This document shows, piece by piece, positions 47,870 to 56,605 of a stretch of DNA of 64,000 nt. Numbering within the stretch: the first letter of the stretch is position 1; every line of letters begins with the position of its first letter. Both the position numbers and the translations under genes were made by a program. The notes under the pieces were generated by a model, which made no database searches, was not told the DNA's origin, and saw only the letters and a list, made by a program, of their open reading frames with translations. Origin of the DNA: Chloroflexota bacterium (GTDB lineage Bacteria; Chloroflexota; Anaerolineae; Anaerolineales; Villigracilaceae); NCBI GenBank assembly GCA_037445475.1, contig JBBIKK010000008.1, forward strand, positions 397 through 64,396, in the 5' to 3' direction.

Positions 47870-48790
47870 ATGATGGAGACTCACGCAATTCGTGTGGATA
47901 CGCTGCGCGAGAGATTCGGCCATCGGGTGAAGGTGAACGCCCCGCTTGCGCCCTACACCTCCGCGCGCCTCGGCGGGAGGGCCGATTATCTGATCACGGC
48001 GCATTCGGCCTCGGAACTGGCCGAGATCATCACATTCCTCCGCCAACACGGATGGCCCTACCTCATCCTCGGCGGCGGATCGAATGTGCTGGTGAGCGAT
48101 AAGGGCGTGCGCGGCGTGACGATCCTGAACCGCGCCAGGGCGGTGCGCTTCGAAAGCGGCAGCCCGCCCCGCGTCTGGGCTGAATCGGGCGTGGTGCTGA
48201 GCAACCTGGCCAACCGTTGTGCGGCGCGGGGGCTCTCCGGGCTGGAATGGGCCGCGACCGTCCCCGGCACGCTGGGCGGCGCGGTGTACGGCAACGCCGG
48301 CGCCTTCGATGGCGACATGGCCGCCTGCCTGGCATGGGCCGAGGTACTGAGCGAGGCCGGGCCGGAACGCTGGCCCGTGGAGAGAATGGGCTACGGCTAC
48401 CGCACCAGCATCCTGAAGCGCGGCGAGGCGCGCGGCATCGTGCTTTCGGCCGAGATGATCTTGAGGCCGGCGACGAAGGAAGATGTCCAGGCCAGGATCG
48501 CGCACTTCGTCCAGCGCCGCAAACTCACTCAACCGCCGGGCGCCTCGATGGGCTCCATGTTCAAGAATCCGCCCGGCGATTTCGCCGGGAGGTTGATCGA
48601 GGCCGCTGGGCTGAAAGGCGCGCGCCTCGGCAACGCCGAGATCAGCCGCCTGCATGCCAATTTCTTCATCAATCACGGCGCGGCCCGGGCCAGCGACGTT
48701 CAGGCCCTGATGGCACTGGCCCAGAAGAGCGTGAAAGAGAAATTCGGCATCGAGTTGGAGCCGGAAGTAGAACTGATCGGAGAATGGTGA
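47870..48790 (+). CDS. murB: UDP-N-acetylenolpyruvoylglucosamine reductase
   Basis: APLAPYTSARLGGRADYLI, LILGGGSNVLV, GSMFKNP. Track ORF 47486.. trimmed to the ATG 1 nt after the murC stop. Confidence 0.9.
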   Translation: MMETHAIRVDTLRERFGHRVKVNAPLAPYTSARLGGRADYLITAHSASELAEIITFLRQHGWPYLILGGGSNVLVSDKGVRGVTILNRARAVRFESGSPPRVWAESGVVLSNLANRCAARGLSGLEWAATVPGTLGGAVYGNAGAFDGDMAACLAWAEVLSEAGPERWPVERMGYGYRTSILKRGEARGIVLSAEMILRPATKEDVQARIAHFVQRRKLTQPPGASMGSMFKNPPGDFAGRLIEAAGLKGARLGNAEISRLHANFFINHGAARASDVQALMALAQKSVKEKFGIELEPEVELIGEW

Positions 48791-49908
48791 GCAGCATGGT
48801 CAGGAAGAAACTGCGCGTGGCGGTTCTGTTCGGCGGGCGTTCGGGGGAGCATGAAGTCTCGCTCATGTCGGCACGCTCGGTGCTCTCCGTGCTCGACCCG
48901 GCCAAATACGAGGTGACGCCGATCGGCATCACTCCGGACGGAAAATGGCTGGCGGGCAAAGATGCGCTCGAGCGATTCGAGCGCGGCGAGACGGAAGGAT
49001 TGGAGCCGGTGCTGCTCGCGCCCGATCCCTCTCTGGCAGGCCTGTACGTGCTGCGACAGAGGCGCTACGTGAAACTCACCGACATCGATGTCTACTTCCC
49101 CGTCCTGCACGGCACGTTTGGCGAGGACGGCACATTGCAGGGACTGTTCGAGCTGGCCAACGCGGCCTACGTAGGAGCCGGCGTGCTCGGTTCCGCGCTC
49201 GGGATGGATAAGGGCGTCTTCAAGGACGTCATGCGCGCCCATGGCATTCCGGTCGTGGATTGGATCGTCGTGCTGCGCTCTGAAGTGGAGGGGAACCTGC
49301 AGGCCGTGATCGAGAAAGCCGAAAAACTGGGCGCATACCCGCTCTTTACCAAGCCGGCCAACCTGGGCTCCTCGGTGGGCGTGACCAAGTGCAAGACGCG
49401 CGCCGATCTGCACGCAGGGCTGATGGAAGCCGCCCTGTACGATCGCCGCATTTTGATCGAGCGTGGCGTGGTCGAGGCGCGCGAGATCGAGGTCAGCGTG
49501 CTGGGCAACGACGAGCCGCGCGCTTCCGTGCCCGGTGAAGTGTTGCCCAGCCGCGAGTTTTACTCCTATGAAGCCAAATACCTGGACGGCCGCTCGGGAT
49601 TGCTCATCCCCGCCCCTCTGCCGCCCGAAACCACCCTGCGGGTGCAGGACCTGGCCGTGCGCGCCTACAAGGCTGTGGATTGCGCCGGCATGGCGCGGGT
49701 GGATTTCTTCGTCGCCAGGACGAGCGGCGAGGTTTACCTGAACGAGCTCAACAGCATCCCCGGCTTCACCCAGATCAGCATGTATCCGAAACTATGGGAA
49801 GCCAGCGGGCTGCCCTACTCTCAGCTGGTCGATCGCCTGATCGAACTGGCCCTGCAGCGCAAGGCCGAACGCGATCGCACGCTGCACCTCTATCGGAGTC
49901 AGAAATGA
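48784..49908 (+). CDS. ddl: D-alanine--D-alanine ligase
   Basis: LRVAVLFGGRSGEHEVSLMSA, HGTFGEDGTLQGL, YLNELNSIPGFT. The ATG at 48784 overlaps the murB stop; an alternative ATG is at 48796. Confidence 0.9.
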   Translation: MVSSMVRKKLRVAVLFGGRSGEHEVSLMSARSVLSVLDPAKYEVTPIGITPDGKWLAGKDALERFERGETEGLEPVLLAPDPSLAGLYVLRQRRYVKLTDIDVYFPVLHGTFGEDGTLQGLFELANAAYVGAGVLGSALGMDKGVFKDVMRAHGIPVVDWIVVLRSEVEGNLQAVIEKAEKLGAYPLFTKPANLGSSVGVTKCKTRADLHAGLMEAALYDRRILIERGVVEAREIEVSVLGNDEPRASVPGEVLPSREFYSYEAKYLDGRSGLLIPAPLPPETTLRVQDLAVRAYKAVDCAGMARVDFFVARTSGEVYLNELNSIPGFTQISMYPKLWEASGLPYSQLVDRLIELALQRKAERDRTLHLYRSQK

Positions 49909-50858
49909 ATCGCAGGCGCGGGCCGACTCGGGCTGAGATCGTGCGCATGCGCCGCCGGCGAGCGCCTCACTCGCCGACCCTGGCCGGGCGAGCGCTGCCG
50001 CCGGTGCTCTCGCGCGGCCCCACGCCGGCACCCCCTCGCCCCGCGGCGGCCCAATCCGGCGCGCGGCGGCGCTTCCAGACCATCCTGACCATGCCAGCCG
50101 CCCCGCTGCAAACGCCTGCGCTGCGCCTGCCGCGCCGGCGGGTCAGCTGGCGCTGGTTTTCCTTTTGCCTCTCGCTGGCGCTCGGATACGCGCTCTACCT
50201 GGCCTGGACCTCGCCGACCTTCCGCGTCAGCGCGGCGACGATCTCCGGAAATCAACGCCTCAGCCCGGACGAGATCAACACCGTGTTGAACCTGGGCGGG
50301 CGGGCGATCTTCCTGCTCGAACCCTCCGAGTTGGAGGCGCGCCTGCGCCTGAACTACCCCGAACTGCTCGCGGCGCGGGTGAATCTGTCCCTGCCGAACA
50401 GGGTCACGGTGACAGTGGTCGAGCGGAAGCCGCTGATTCTGTGGCAGCAGGATGGCGGCTATACCTGGATCGACGAAAACGGCGTTGCCTTCCGGCCGCG
50501 CGGCGAGGCGCAGGGCCTGATCAGCGTGATGGCTCTGGCGGCGCCCGTGCCCGGCCAGCTGTCGGAGGCCGATCCGCTTTCGCCGCGCCCCTACCTTTCG
50601 GCAGGACTGGTCAAGGCCATTCAAACTCTGGGCCCCAACGTTCCTGCCGGCAGCACGCTGGTTTATGACGGGCGCTACGGACTCGGCTGGCGCGATGCGC
50701 GCGGCTGGCAAGTCTTCTTTGGGAGCGAGGCCCGAGATATGGCGTTGAAATGGCAGGTCTATCAGGCCCTGGCTGACTCCCTGACCCAACGCGGCATCTA
50801 CCCGGCCCTGATCAATGTGCAATATGTGAACGCACCCTATTATCGAATGAGTCGGTGA
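49905..50858 (+). CDS. ftsQ: cell division protein FtsQ (POTRA domain) with Arg/Pro-rich N-terminus
   Basis: ATGA overlap with the ddl stop. One TM (WRWFSFCLSLALGYALYLAW) and a POTRA-like segment VSAATISGNQRLSPDEI...RVTVTVVERKP. Confidence 0.75.
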   Translation: MNRRRGPTRAEIVRMRRRRAPHSPTLAGRALPPVLSRGPTPAPPRPAAAQSGARRRFQTILTMPAAPLQTPALRLPRRRVSWRWFSFCLSLALGYALYLAWTSPTFRVSAATISGNQRLSPDEINTVLNLGGRAIFLLEPSELEARLRLNYPELLAARVNLSLPNRVTVTVVERKPLILWQQDGGYTWIDENGVAFRPRGEAQGLISVMALAAPVPGQLSEADPLSPRPYLSAGLVKAIQTLGPNVPAGSTLVYDGRYGLGWRDARGWQVFFGSEARDMALKWQVYQALADSLTQRGIYPALINVQYVNAPYYRMSR

Positions 50859-50859
50859 T

Positions 50860-52101
50860 ATGGAAGAGATCCTGGTCGGCATTGACGTTGGCACCACGAA
50901 GGTCTGCACGCTGGTCGGGCGCGTGGAGGGCGAAAAGAGCATCCGCATTATCGGGGTGGGCATTGAACCCTCCGGCGGCATTCGCAAAGGCGTGATCGTC
51001 GACCTGGCTTCGGCCACGGAAGCCATCCGTCGCTCGGTGCGGCAGGCCGAGCAGACTTCGGGGCTGGAGATCGCCTCGGCTCTGGTGAGCCTGGCCGGGG
51101 CACATGTTTCCTCGGTCAACAGCCGCGGCGTAGTGGCCGTGCCGGGCGGGATCATCGATGCCTCGGATGTGGGCCGCGCCCTGGAGCAAGCGCGGGCCGT
51201 GGCCATCCCCCACGATCGCGAGATCGTGCACGTCATCCAGCGCGGCTTTCGCGTGGACGGGCAGGAAGGCATCCGCGCTCCGCTGGGAATGCACGGCTAT
51301 CGTCTGGAAGTCGAGGCGCACATTATTACCGCCGCGGCCTCCACGGTGGACAACCTGCGACAGTGCGTGCAGGCGGCCGGGGTGGAAGCCCAGGGCTTCG
51401 TGCTCAATCCCCTGGCCTCGGCCGAGGTGGTTTTGAGCGAACAGGAAAGGCAAATGGGCGTGGTGGTGTGTGACATCGGCGGCGGGACGACCGATCTGGC
51501 TATTTACGTCGAGGGCGATGTGTGGCACACGATGGTCCTGGCCGTCGGCGGCAATCACATCACTCAAGACATTGCCCATGGTTTGCGCCTGCCGCTCGTC
51601 CAGGCGGAAGAAGTGAAAAAACAACAGGGGCATGCCGTGCGCTCAGAGGTTGGCGCCGAGGAATATTTCACAATCCGCCCCTTCGGCGAAGATCACCCGG
51701 TGCGCATCCATCGGCAGGACCTGGCGCACATCATCGAAGCGCGCACCGCCGAGATGTTTGCGCTCATCCTGCAAGAGATCAAGCGCTCCGGCTACGACGG
51801 TCTGCTGCCGGCCGGCATCGTCCTGACCGGCGGCACCAGTGCCTTGCCCGGAATCCGCCGCGTGGCCAGCGAGGTCCTGGCCATGCCTGTGCGCACCGCC
51901 GCGCCCGAAAACCTGCTCGGCCTGGTGGACCGCCTGAACTCGCCTGCCTACGCCACCAGCGTTGGCCTCCTGCACTGGGCGCTGACCATGCACGAACAGG
52001 ATTTATCCCTGAGCCGGCGACGCAGAGGGCGCCGTGCGAAAGGAGAAAAGAGCATGAACTGGAGCCATTTTGCAGAATGGATAAAAAGGCTACTGCCCTA
52101 A
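50860..52101 (+). CDS. ftsA: cell division protein FtsA
   Basis: ILVGIDVGTTKVCTLVG and VCDIGGGTTDLAIY (actin-fold phosphate motifs). C-terminal amphipathic helix WSHFAEWIKRLL. Confidence 0.9.
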   Translation: MEEILVGIDVGTTKVCTLVGRVEGEKSIRIIGVGIEPSGGIRKGVIVDLASATEAIRRSVRQAEQTSGLEIASALVSLAGAHVSSVNSRGVVAVPGGIIDASDVGRALEQARAVAIPHDREIVHVIQRGFRVDGQEGIRAPLGMHGYRLEVEAHIITAAASTVDNLRQCVQAAGVEAQGFVLNPLASAEVVLSEQERQMGVVVCDIGGGTTDLAIYVEGDVWHTMVLAVGGNHITQDIAHGLRLPLVQAEEVKKQQGHAVRSEVGAEEYFTIRPFGEDHPVRIHRQDLAHIIEARTAEMFALILQEIKRSGYDGLLPAGIVLTGGTSALPGIRRVASEVLAMPVRTAAPENLLGLVDRLNSPAYATSVGLLHWALTMHEQDLSLSRRRRGRRAKGEKSMNWSHFAEWIKRLLP

Positions 52102-52218
52102 GTGGTGAGGAAAGTGGTCATTTTTGCTCTCATCCCAGGCGTGAACGCGAATTAGAATCTGTTCGCGTTCCCCGGACTCACAGCCAGGCACCTACCTGGA
52201 ACGTTCACGGAGGAACAA

Positions 52219-53388
52219 ATGGAACCGACTCGGAAACATCAACCCATTGAGACCTTTGCTCGTATCAAGGTCATCGGCGTGGGCGGCGGCGGGCAAAACG
52301 CCGTCAACCGCATGATCGAGGAGGGAATTCAGGGGGTGGAATTCATCGCCGCCAACACCGACGCGCAAGCATTGGCCTTATCCAGGGCGCCGGTGCGCGT
52401 GCGCCTCGGCGATAAACTCACACGCGGCCTCGGGGCCGGCGGCGATCCGGAGATCGGACGCAAGGCCGCCGAGGAATCCGCCGACGATCTGTACAACGTC
52501 TTGAAGGGCGCCGACATGGTCTTCGTCACGGCCGGCATGGGTGGCGGGACCGGCACCGGGGCCGCCCCGGTGGTGGCGCAAGTGGCCAAGGAGTGCGGCG
52601 CGCTGACGATCGGCGTGGTCACCCGTCCCTTCACCTTCGAGGGCGGACGGCGGGCCCAGGCCGCGGAGGCCGGCATCGCGAAAATGAAAGAGCACGCCCA
52701 CACGCTGATCTCCATCCCGAACGATCGCCTGTTGCAACTCTCCGATAAGAAGTCCAGCCTGCAAGATGCCTTCAGCATGGCCGATGATGTGCTGCGCCAG
52801 GGCATTCAGGGCATTTCGGAACTGATCACGGTGCCGGGCCTGATCAACCTCGACTTCGCCGACGTGCGCACGATCATGTCGGAAGGCGGCGCGGCCCTCA
52901 TGGCGGTGGGACGCGGCTCCGGCGAGAACCGCGCGCGCGTCGCCGCCGAGCAGGCCATCTCCAGCCAGCTGCTCGACATCACCATCGACGGGGCGCGCGG
53001 TGTGCTCTTCAACGTGACCGGCGGGCCAAACCTGACCCTGTTCGAGGTCAACGAGGCGGCGGCCCTGATTCGCGAGACGGCCCATCCGGAGGTCAATCTG
53101 ATCTTCGGAGCCGTGATCGATCCCGACATGGGAGATGAGATTCGCATCACGGTCATTGCCACCGGCTTCGAGCGCAGCGGCGTGCCGCGTCGCACCCTGG
53201 AACGCATCACCACACGCAGCGAGAGGCCGGCCGCGCGGCCGGGGACAGCAGGCACCACCTACCTGCGTCCCTCCGAATCCGTCAGTGTGAGCGCGGAGAA
53301 GCCAGGCCTGGAGGGATCCGCCCCCTCATCGCCGGGCCTCAGCAGCGACGATCTCGACATCCCCACCTTCCTGCGCAAGCGACGCTGA
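52219..53388 (+). CDS. ftsZ: cell division protein FtsZ
   Basis: [30 protein letters not shown] (tubulin signature), and the C-terminal peptide [13 protein letters not shown]. Confidence 0.97.
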   Translation: MEPTRKHQPIETFARIKVIGVGGGGQNAVNRMIEEGIQGVEFIAANTDAQALALSRAPVRVRLGDKLTRGLGAGGDPEIGRKAAEESADDLYNVLKGADMVFVTAGMGGGTGTGAAPVVAQVAKECGALTIGVVTRPFTFEGGRRAQAAEAGIAKMKEHAHTLISIPNDRLLQLSDKKSSLQDAFSMADDVLRQGIQGISELITVPGLINLDFADVRTIMSEGGAALMAVGRGSGENRARVAAEQAISSQLLDITIDGARGVLFNVTGGPNLTLFEVNEAAALIRETAHPEVNLIFGAVIDPDMGDEIRITVIATGFERSGVPRRTLERITTRSERPAARPGTAGTTYLRPSESVSVSAEKPGLEGSAPSSPGLSSDDLDIPTFLRKRR

Positions 53389-53590
53389 ACGCAACACTCG
53401 GCTCGCTCCATGGCCTCACCCTGTAGGATTGCTCTTGAGAATCCTATGACAACCGCACAGATTCTGCACCGCGACACATCATCCCCCTCGGGGATGGATG
53501 TCGCGTTTGGGCTGCGGGATAAATCCCGCCCTACGCTCGGCGCGGCATTCCCTCCCCGCGTAAAGCACTCCTGTATGTTAAAATACCACC

Positions 53591-54034
53591 ATGAAAAAAG
53601 CCGCTCTGCCCCTCCCTCGCCTCGAAGACCATCCATCCTACCGCCTGCATCGTCGTCAGCGATGGATTCAGATTTTCCTGCCCGTCCTGCTCACCGCGCT
53701 GCTGGCCCTCGGAATGACCCTGTTCCTCAGCCTGGCCACCTTCGAGGGAGATGGAGGCGTGAGCCGCTGGGCCGCCATCGCAACCGTGTGGCTCACCCTG
53801 CCCGTGATGGTCGCCGGACTGGCCCTGCTGGCGCTGCTCGTCAGCATGAATTATCTGCTCGCACGCCTGAGGCAACTCATCCCACCTTACTCTCATCAGG
53901 CCCAGCAGTTTTTCTATCGCCTGCGCGGCCGCACGCGCAGACTCTCGGAATGGGTGCACCGCCCCGTGCTCGTTTTCCGCGAACTGGCGACTTCCCTGCG
54001 GCACAGGATGCGGAAGGTGAAAGAAAGGATGTAA
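53591..54034 (+). CDS. hypothetical membrane protein (3 TM, basic C-terminus)
   Basis: 147-aa ORF with GC-rich third positions and three hydrophobic helices. No SD. An extended -10 (TGtTAAAAT) ends 6 nt before the ATG. Confidence 0.5.
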   Translation: MKKAALPLPRLEDHPSYRLHRRQRWIQIFLPVLLTALLALGMTLFLSLATFEGDGGVSRWAAIATVWLTLPVMVAGLALLALLVSMNYLLARLRQLIPPYSHQAQQFFYRLRGRTRRLSEWVHRPVLVFRELATSLRHRMRKVKERM

Positions 54035-54040
54035 CGCACG

Positions 54041-54241
54041 ATGCAAAACCAGACTCGAACCCTCCTGCTGGGAGCGCTGGTCGGGGCCGCCACCGGCCTG
54101 GTCGCCGCCATGCTGCTCAATCGCCGCGCCATAAAAGAAGAGCGCACCACCGCCATCACCCTGGGGGAGGGCATCAAACTCGGACTTCTGGTGTTTGGAT
54201 TGCTGCGCGCCATCGCCTCCCTGGGGGACGAGAAGGGCTGA
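54041..54241 (+). CDS. hypothetical small membrane protein
   Basis: 66 aa with two Gly/Ala-rich hydrophobic helices. Starts 6 nt after the upstream stop. Confidence 0.4.
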   Translation: MQNQTRTLLLGALVGAATGLVAAMLLNRRAIKEERTTAITLGEGIKLGLLVFGLLRAIASLGDEKG

Positions 54242-54336
54242 GCAAAACGAGTTCCTGGTTCGCGGCGGCTCGCATCCAGCTCCCTGCAAACCGCTTACCC
54301 TCTTGGGCCGCAAAATGTGGATATAATAGAGAGATC

Positions 54337-54427
54337 ATCGGAAATAAGACCGACGCGACAGGATTGTTAACTTTAAAATCCGCGTTCTTCCGTGTTTGTC
54401 CGTGTCCATCTGCATCCTATTTCCGAT
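54337..54427 (+). promoter_or_regulatory. candidate structured 5' leader closed by a perfect 10-bp long-range inverted repeat
   Basis: ATCGGAAATA (54337-54346) pairs with TATTTCCGAT (54418-54427). Inside is a GGATT/AATCC hairpin (54361-54381) and a TCCGTGT direct repeat at 54389 and 54399. TATAAT lies at 54322-54327, just upstream. Confidence 0.35.
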
Positions 54428-54443
54428 AAAGTCTAATAATCCG

Positions 54444-54794
54444 ATGGCTTTCTTCCTTCCGCAAGACAACCTGCAGCGAGTCGCCCCCGAAGAGACGCGC
54501 ATCACCCTGCTCAAGGCCGAGCCCTACCCCGATGGCCGGCGCGTGCGCGTCAACCTGGAAATCACCCCCTTTCAAGAACGTCCTTACATTGAAATCCTGT
54601 TGAGCGATGTCCACGGCGACGAGGTTGCCTCCACCACGATCGTCGAGCCCATGACCTGGAAACTGGAACTCACCCTGCACCTGCGCGGCGCCCAGCGCGG
54701 GCCGTTCACCCTCGAGGCCAAATTGTTCTACCCCGATGGCCCTCAGGCCAGGCCGGTGACCTGCATCTTCAACGCCGCTCCGGAAAACGGATAA
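54444..54794 (+). CDS. hypothetical soluble protein, first gene of the TolB-like/M23 operon
   Basis: Track ORF trimmed to ATG 54444 (MAFFLPQDNLQRV...). Coding-like GC3. Its stop overlaps the next start (TAATG). Confidence 0.55.
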   Translation: MAFFLPQDNLQRVAPEETRITLLKAEPYPDGRRVRVNLEITPFQERPYIEILLSDVHGDEVASTTIVEPMTWKLELTLHLRGAQRGPFTLEAKLFYPDGPQARPVTCIFNAAPENG

Positions 54795-56605
54795 TGCGCT
54801 CTCTCCGCCCGACTCTGAGCCTGAGTCTGGTCCTCCTTTCCCTCTTCGGTTGCCAGACACAAACCCCAACCATCACCGCCACCCCTCTCCCTACAGAGAC
54901 GGCCACCCCCTTGCCCGTCTCCCTCAAGAGCGGGGAGCAGGATTGGATGCTCCTCTCCCTCGAGGAGAACGGCTACGCCCACCTCTTCGCCTACGATCCC
55001 GCCTCCTTGAGCCTCATCCGCCTCACGTCGGGGGCCTGGAACGATGTCACCCCCGCCCTGAGCCCGGATGGAACACGCCTCGCCTTTGCCTCGAACCGCA
55101 ATGGCTTCTGGGACCTCTATCTCCTCGACCTGGCCAGCGGACAGGTGGCACAGATCACAAACACCCCTGAATACGATTCCTCGCCCTCCTGGTCGCCGGA
55201 CCTCGCCTGGCTGGCTTATGAAACCTACCTGAACGACAACCTCGAAATCGCGATCCTTTCCCTCACCAACCCCGATCAGAAGCCCATCCTGCTGACGGAA
55301 GACCCCGCCTCCGACCATTCACCCGCCTGGTCGCCGGGCGGGAGGCAGATTGCTTTTGTCTCAAACCGCGCCGGCCAGGCCGACATCTGGCTCGCAGACC
55401 TGGACAAAGTGGACGAGCGCTTCACCAACCTGAGCCATACCCCACAGGCCGAGGAAAGCCACCCCGTCTGGAATGCCGACGGAAAGCGCCTGGCGTGGGC
55501 CTCTGCTTCGCAAGGCATCGGCGCCAGCGGCGTTTATGTGTGGGAGGCCACCAACCCGACAGGCACGGCACAATGGGTCGGCGACGGCAACTGGCCAGCC
55601 TGGAGCGCCGACGGAAGCGCGCTCGTCGCCGCCGTCACCGCACCCAACCAGGAGTACCTGACGGCCTACACCTCGAAGGGCGAGCCCCTGATTCTGCTCA
55701 CGCCCCTGCCCGGCCGCGCGCGCGGCCTGATCGGGCCGGGTGTGCGGCTTCCCAACTCCCTGCCGCCCACTTACCAACAGGCCGCCTCGGAGACTCCACA
55801 GGCGTTATGGTTGCCCGCCGTCACGGAAGTGACGGGCGTCCCTTCGCAGCGCTGGTACACGGTACCCCTGCCGGGCGTGCAGGCCCCCTACCCACAGTTG
55901 CACGATCTGGTGGATGAGGCCTTCATGGCTCTGCGCCAGCGCGTGATTCGCGAGGCCGGCTGGGATGCCCTGGCCAGCCTCGAGAACGCCTTCGTGCCGC
56001 TGACCACCGCCCTCGACCCCGGCCTGGAAAACGATTGGCTCTACACCGGCCGCGCCTTTGCTTTGAACTCCCTGATGGTCAATGCCGGCTGGATGGTGGC
56101 GCGACGCGAGGATTTCGGCACCCAGACGTTCTGGCGGATATACTTGCGCGCTCAAAAGCAGGATGGCTCTCAGGGCACCCCGCTGGAGAACCCGCCCTGG
56201 GACCTGAACGCCCGCTATGAACTCGACCCACGCACCTATGAAGCCGGCGGGCGCTACGCCCCGGTCCCGCCCGGATACTGGGTGGACTTCACCTCCCTCG
56301 CCGCGGCCTACGGCTGGGAACGCCTGCCGGCCCTGCCCAACTGGCGCACCTATTACGCGGGCACGCGCTTTACCGAGTTTGCGCTCACCGCCAGCCTGGA
56401 CTGGTATGCGGCCATGCTGGAACTGTACCCGCCCGAAGCGCTGTACACAGCCACCCCGCTCCTGCCACCCACCTCCACGCCCTCGCGGACGCCCATCCCA
56501 TCCCGTACCCCGACCCTGACGCGTACGCCCACTCCCTCGCGCACCCCTACCCCTACTCCGTCCATCACCCCCACCCCTCCGACCATCATCCCCACTTTCC
56601 CGTGA
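54794..56605 (+). CDS. TolB-like beta-propeller (PD40 repeat) lipoprotein with C-terminal Pro/Thr-rich tail
   Basis: Lipobox LLSLFGCQT. Repeated PD40-like motifs (DVTPALSPDGTRLAFASNRNG, DSSPSWSPDLAWLAY, DHSPAWSPGGRQIAFVSNRAG, ESHPVWNADGKRLAW). Tail TSTPSRTPIPSRTPTLTRTPTPSRTPTPTPSITPTPP. Confidence 0.75.
   Translation: MRSLRPTLSLSLVLLSLFGCQTQTPTITATPLPTETATPLPVSLKSGEQDWMLLSLEENGYAHLFAYDPASLSLIRLTSGAWNDVTPALSPDGTRLAFASNRNGFWDLYLLDLASGQVAQITNTPEYDSSPSWSPDLAWLAYETYLNDNLEIAILSLTNPDQKPILLTEDPASDHSPAWSPGGRQIAFVSNRAGQADIWLADLDKVDERFTNLSHTPQAEESHPVWNADGKRLAWASASQGIGASGVYVWEATNPTGTAQWVGDGNWPAWSADGSALVAAVTAPNQEYLTAYTSKGEPLILLTPLPGRARGLIGPGVRLPNSLPPTYQQAASETPQALWLPAVTEVTGVPSQRWYTVPLPGVQAPYPQLHDLVDEAFMALRQRVIREAGWDALASLENAFVPLTTALDPGLENDWLYTGRAFALNSLMVNAGWMVARREDFGTQTFWRIYLRAQKQDGSQGTPLENPPWDLNARYELDPRTYEAGGRYAPVPPGYWVDFTSLAAAYGWERLPALPNWRTYYAGTRFTEFALTASLDWYAAMLELYPPEALYTATPLLPPTSTPSRTPIPSRTPTLTRTPTPSRTPTPTPSITPTPPTIIPTFP

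Noticed and set aside
53410-54429. 339-aa plus-strand ORF spanning the post-ftsZ region
   Set aside because: It is Arg/Pro/Ala/Ser-rich and overlaps two better membrane-protein ORFs in another frame as well as the AT-rich leader. No start context is visible.
56460-56605. Pro/Thr-rich repeat considered as a separate gene or a frameshifted fusion to the M23 gene
   Set aside because: The repeat is in frame with the propeller protein up to a clean TGA. The M23 ORF has its own signal peptide and lipobox, so two genes are the simplest reading. The possible ancestral fusion is noted in the findings.
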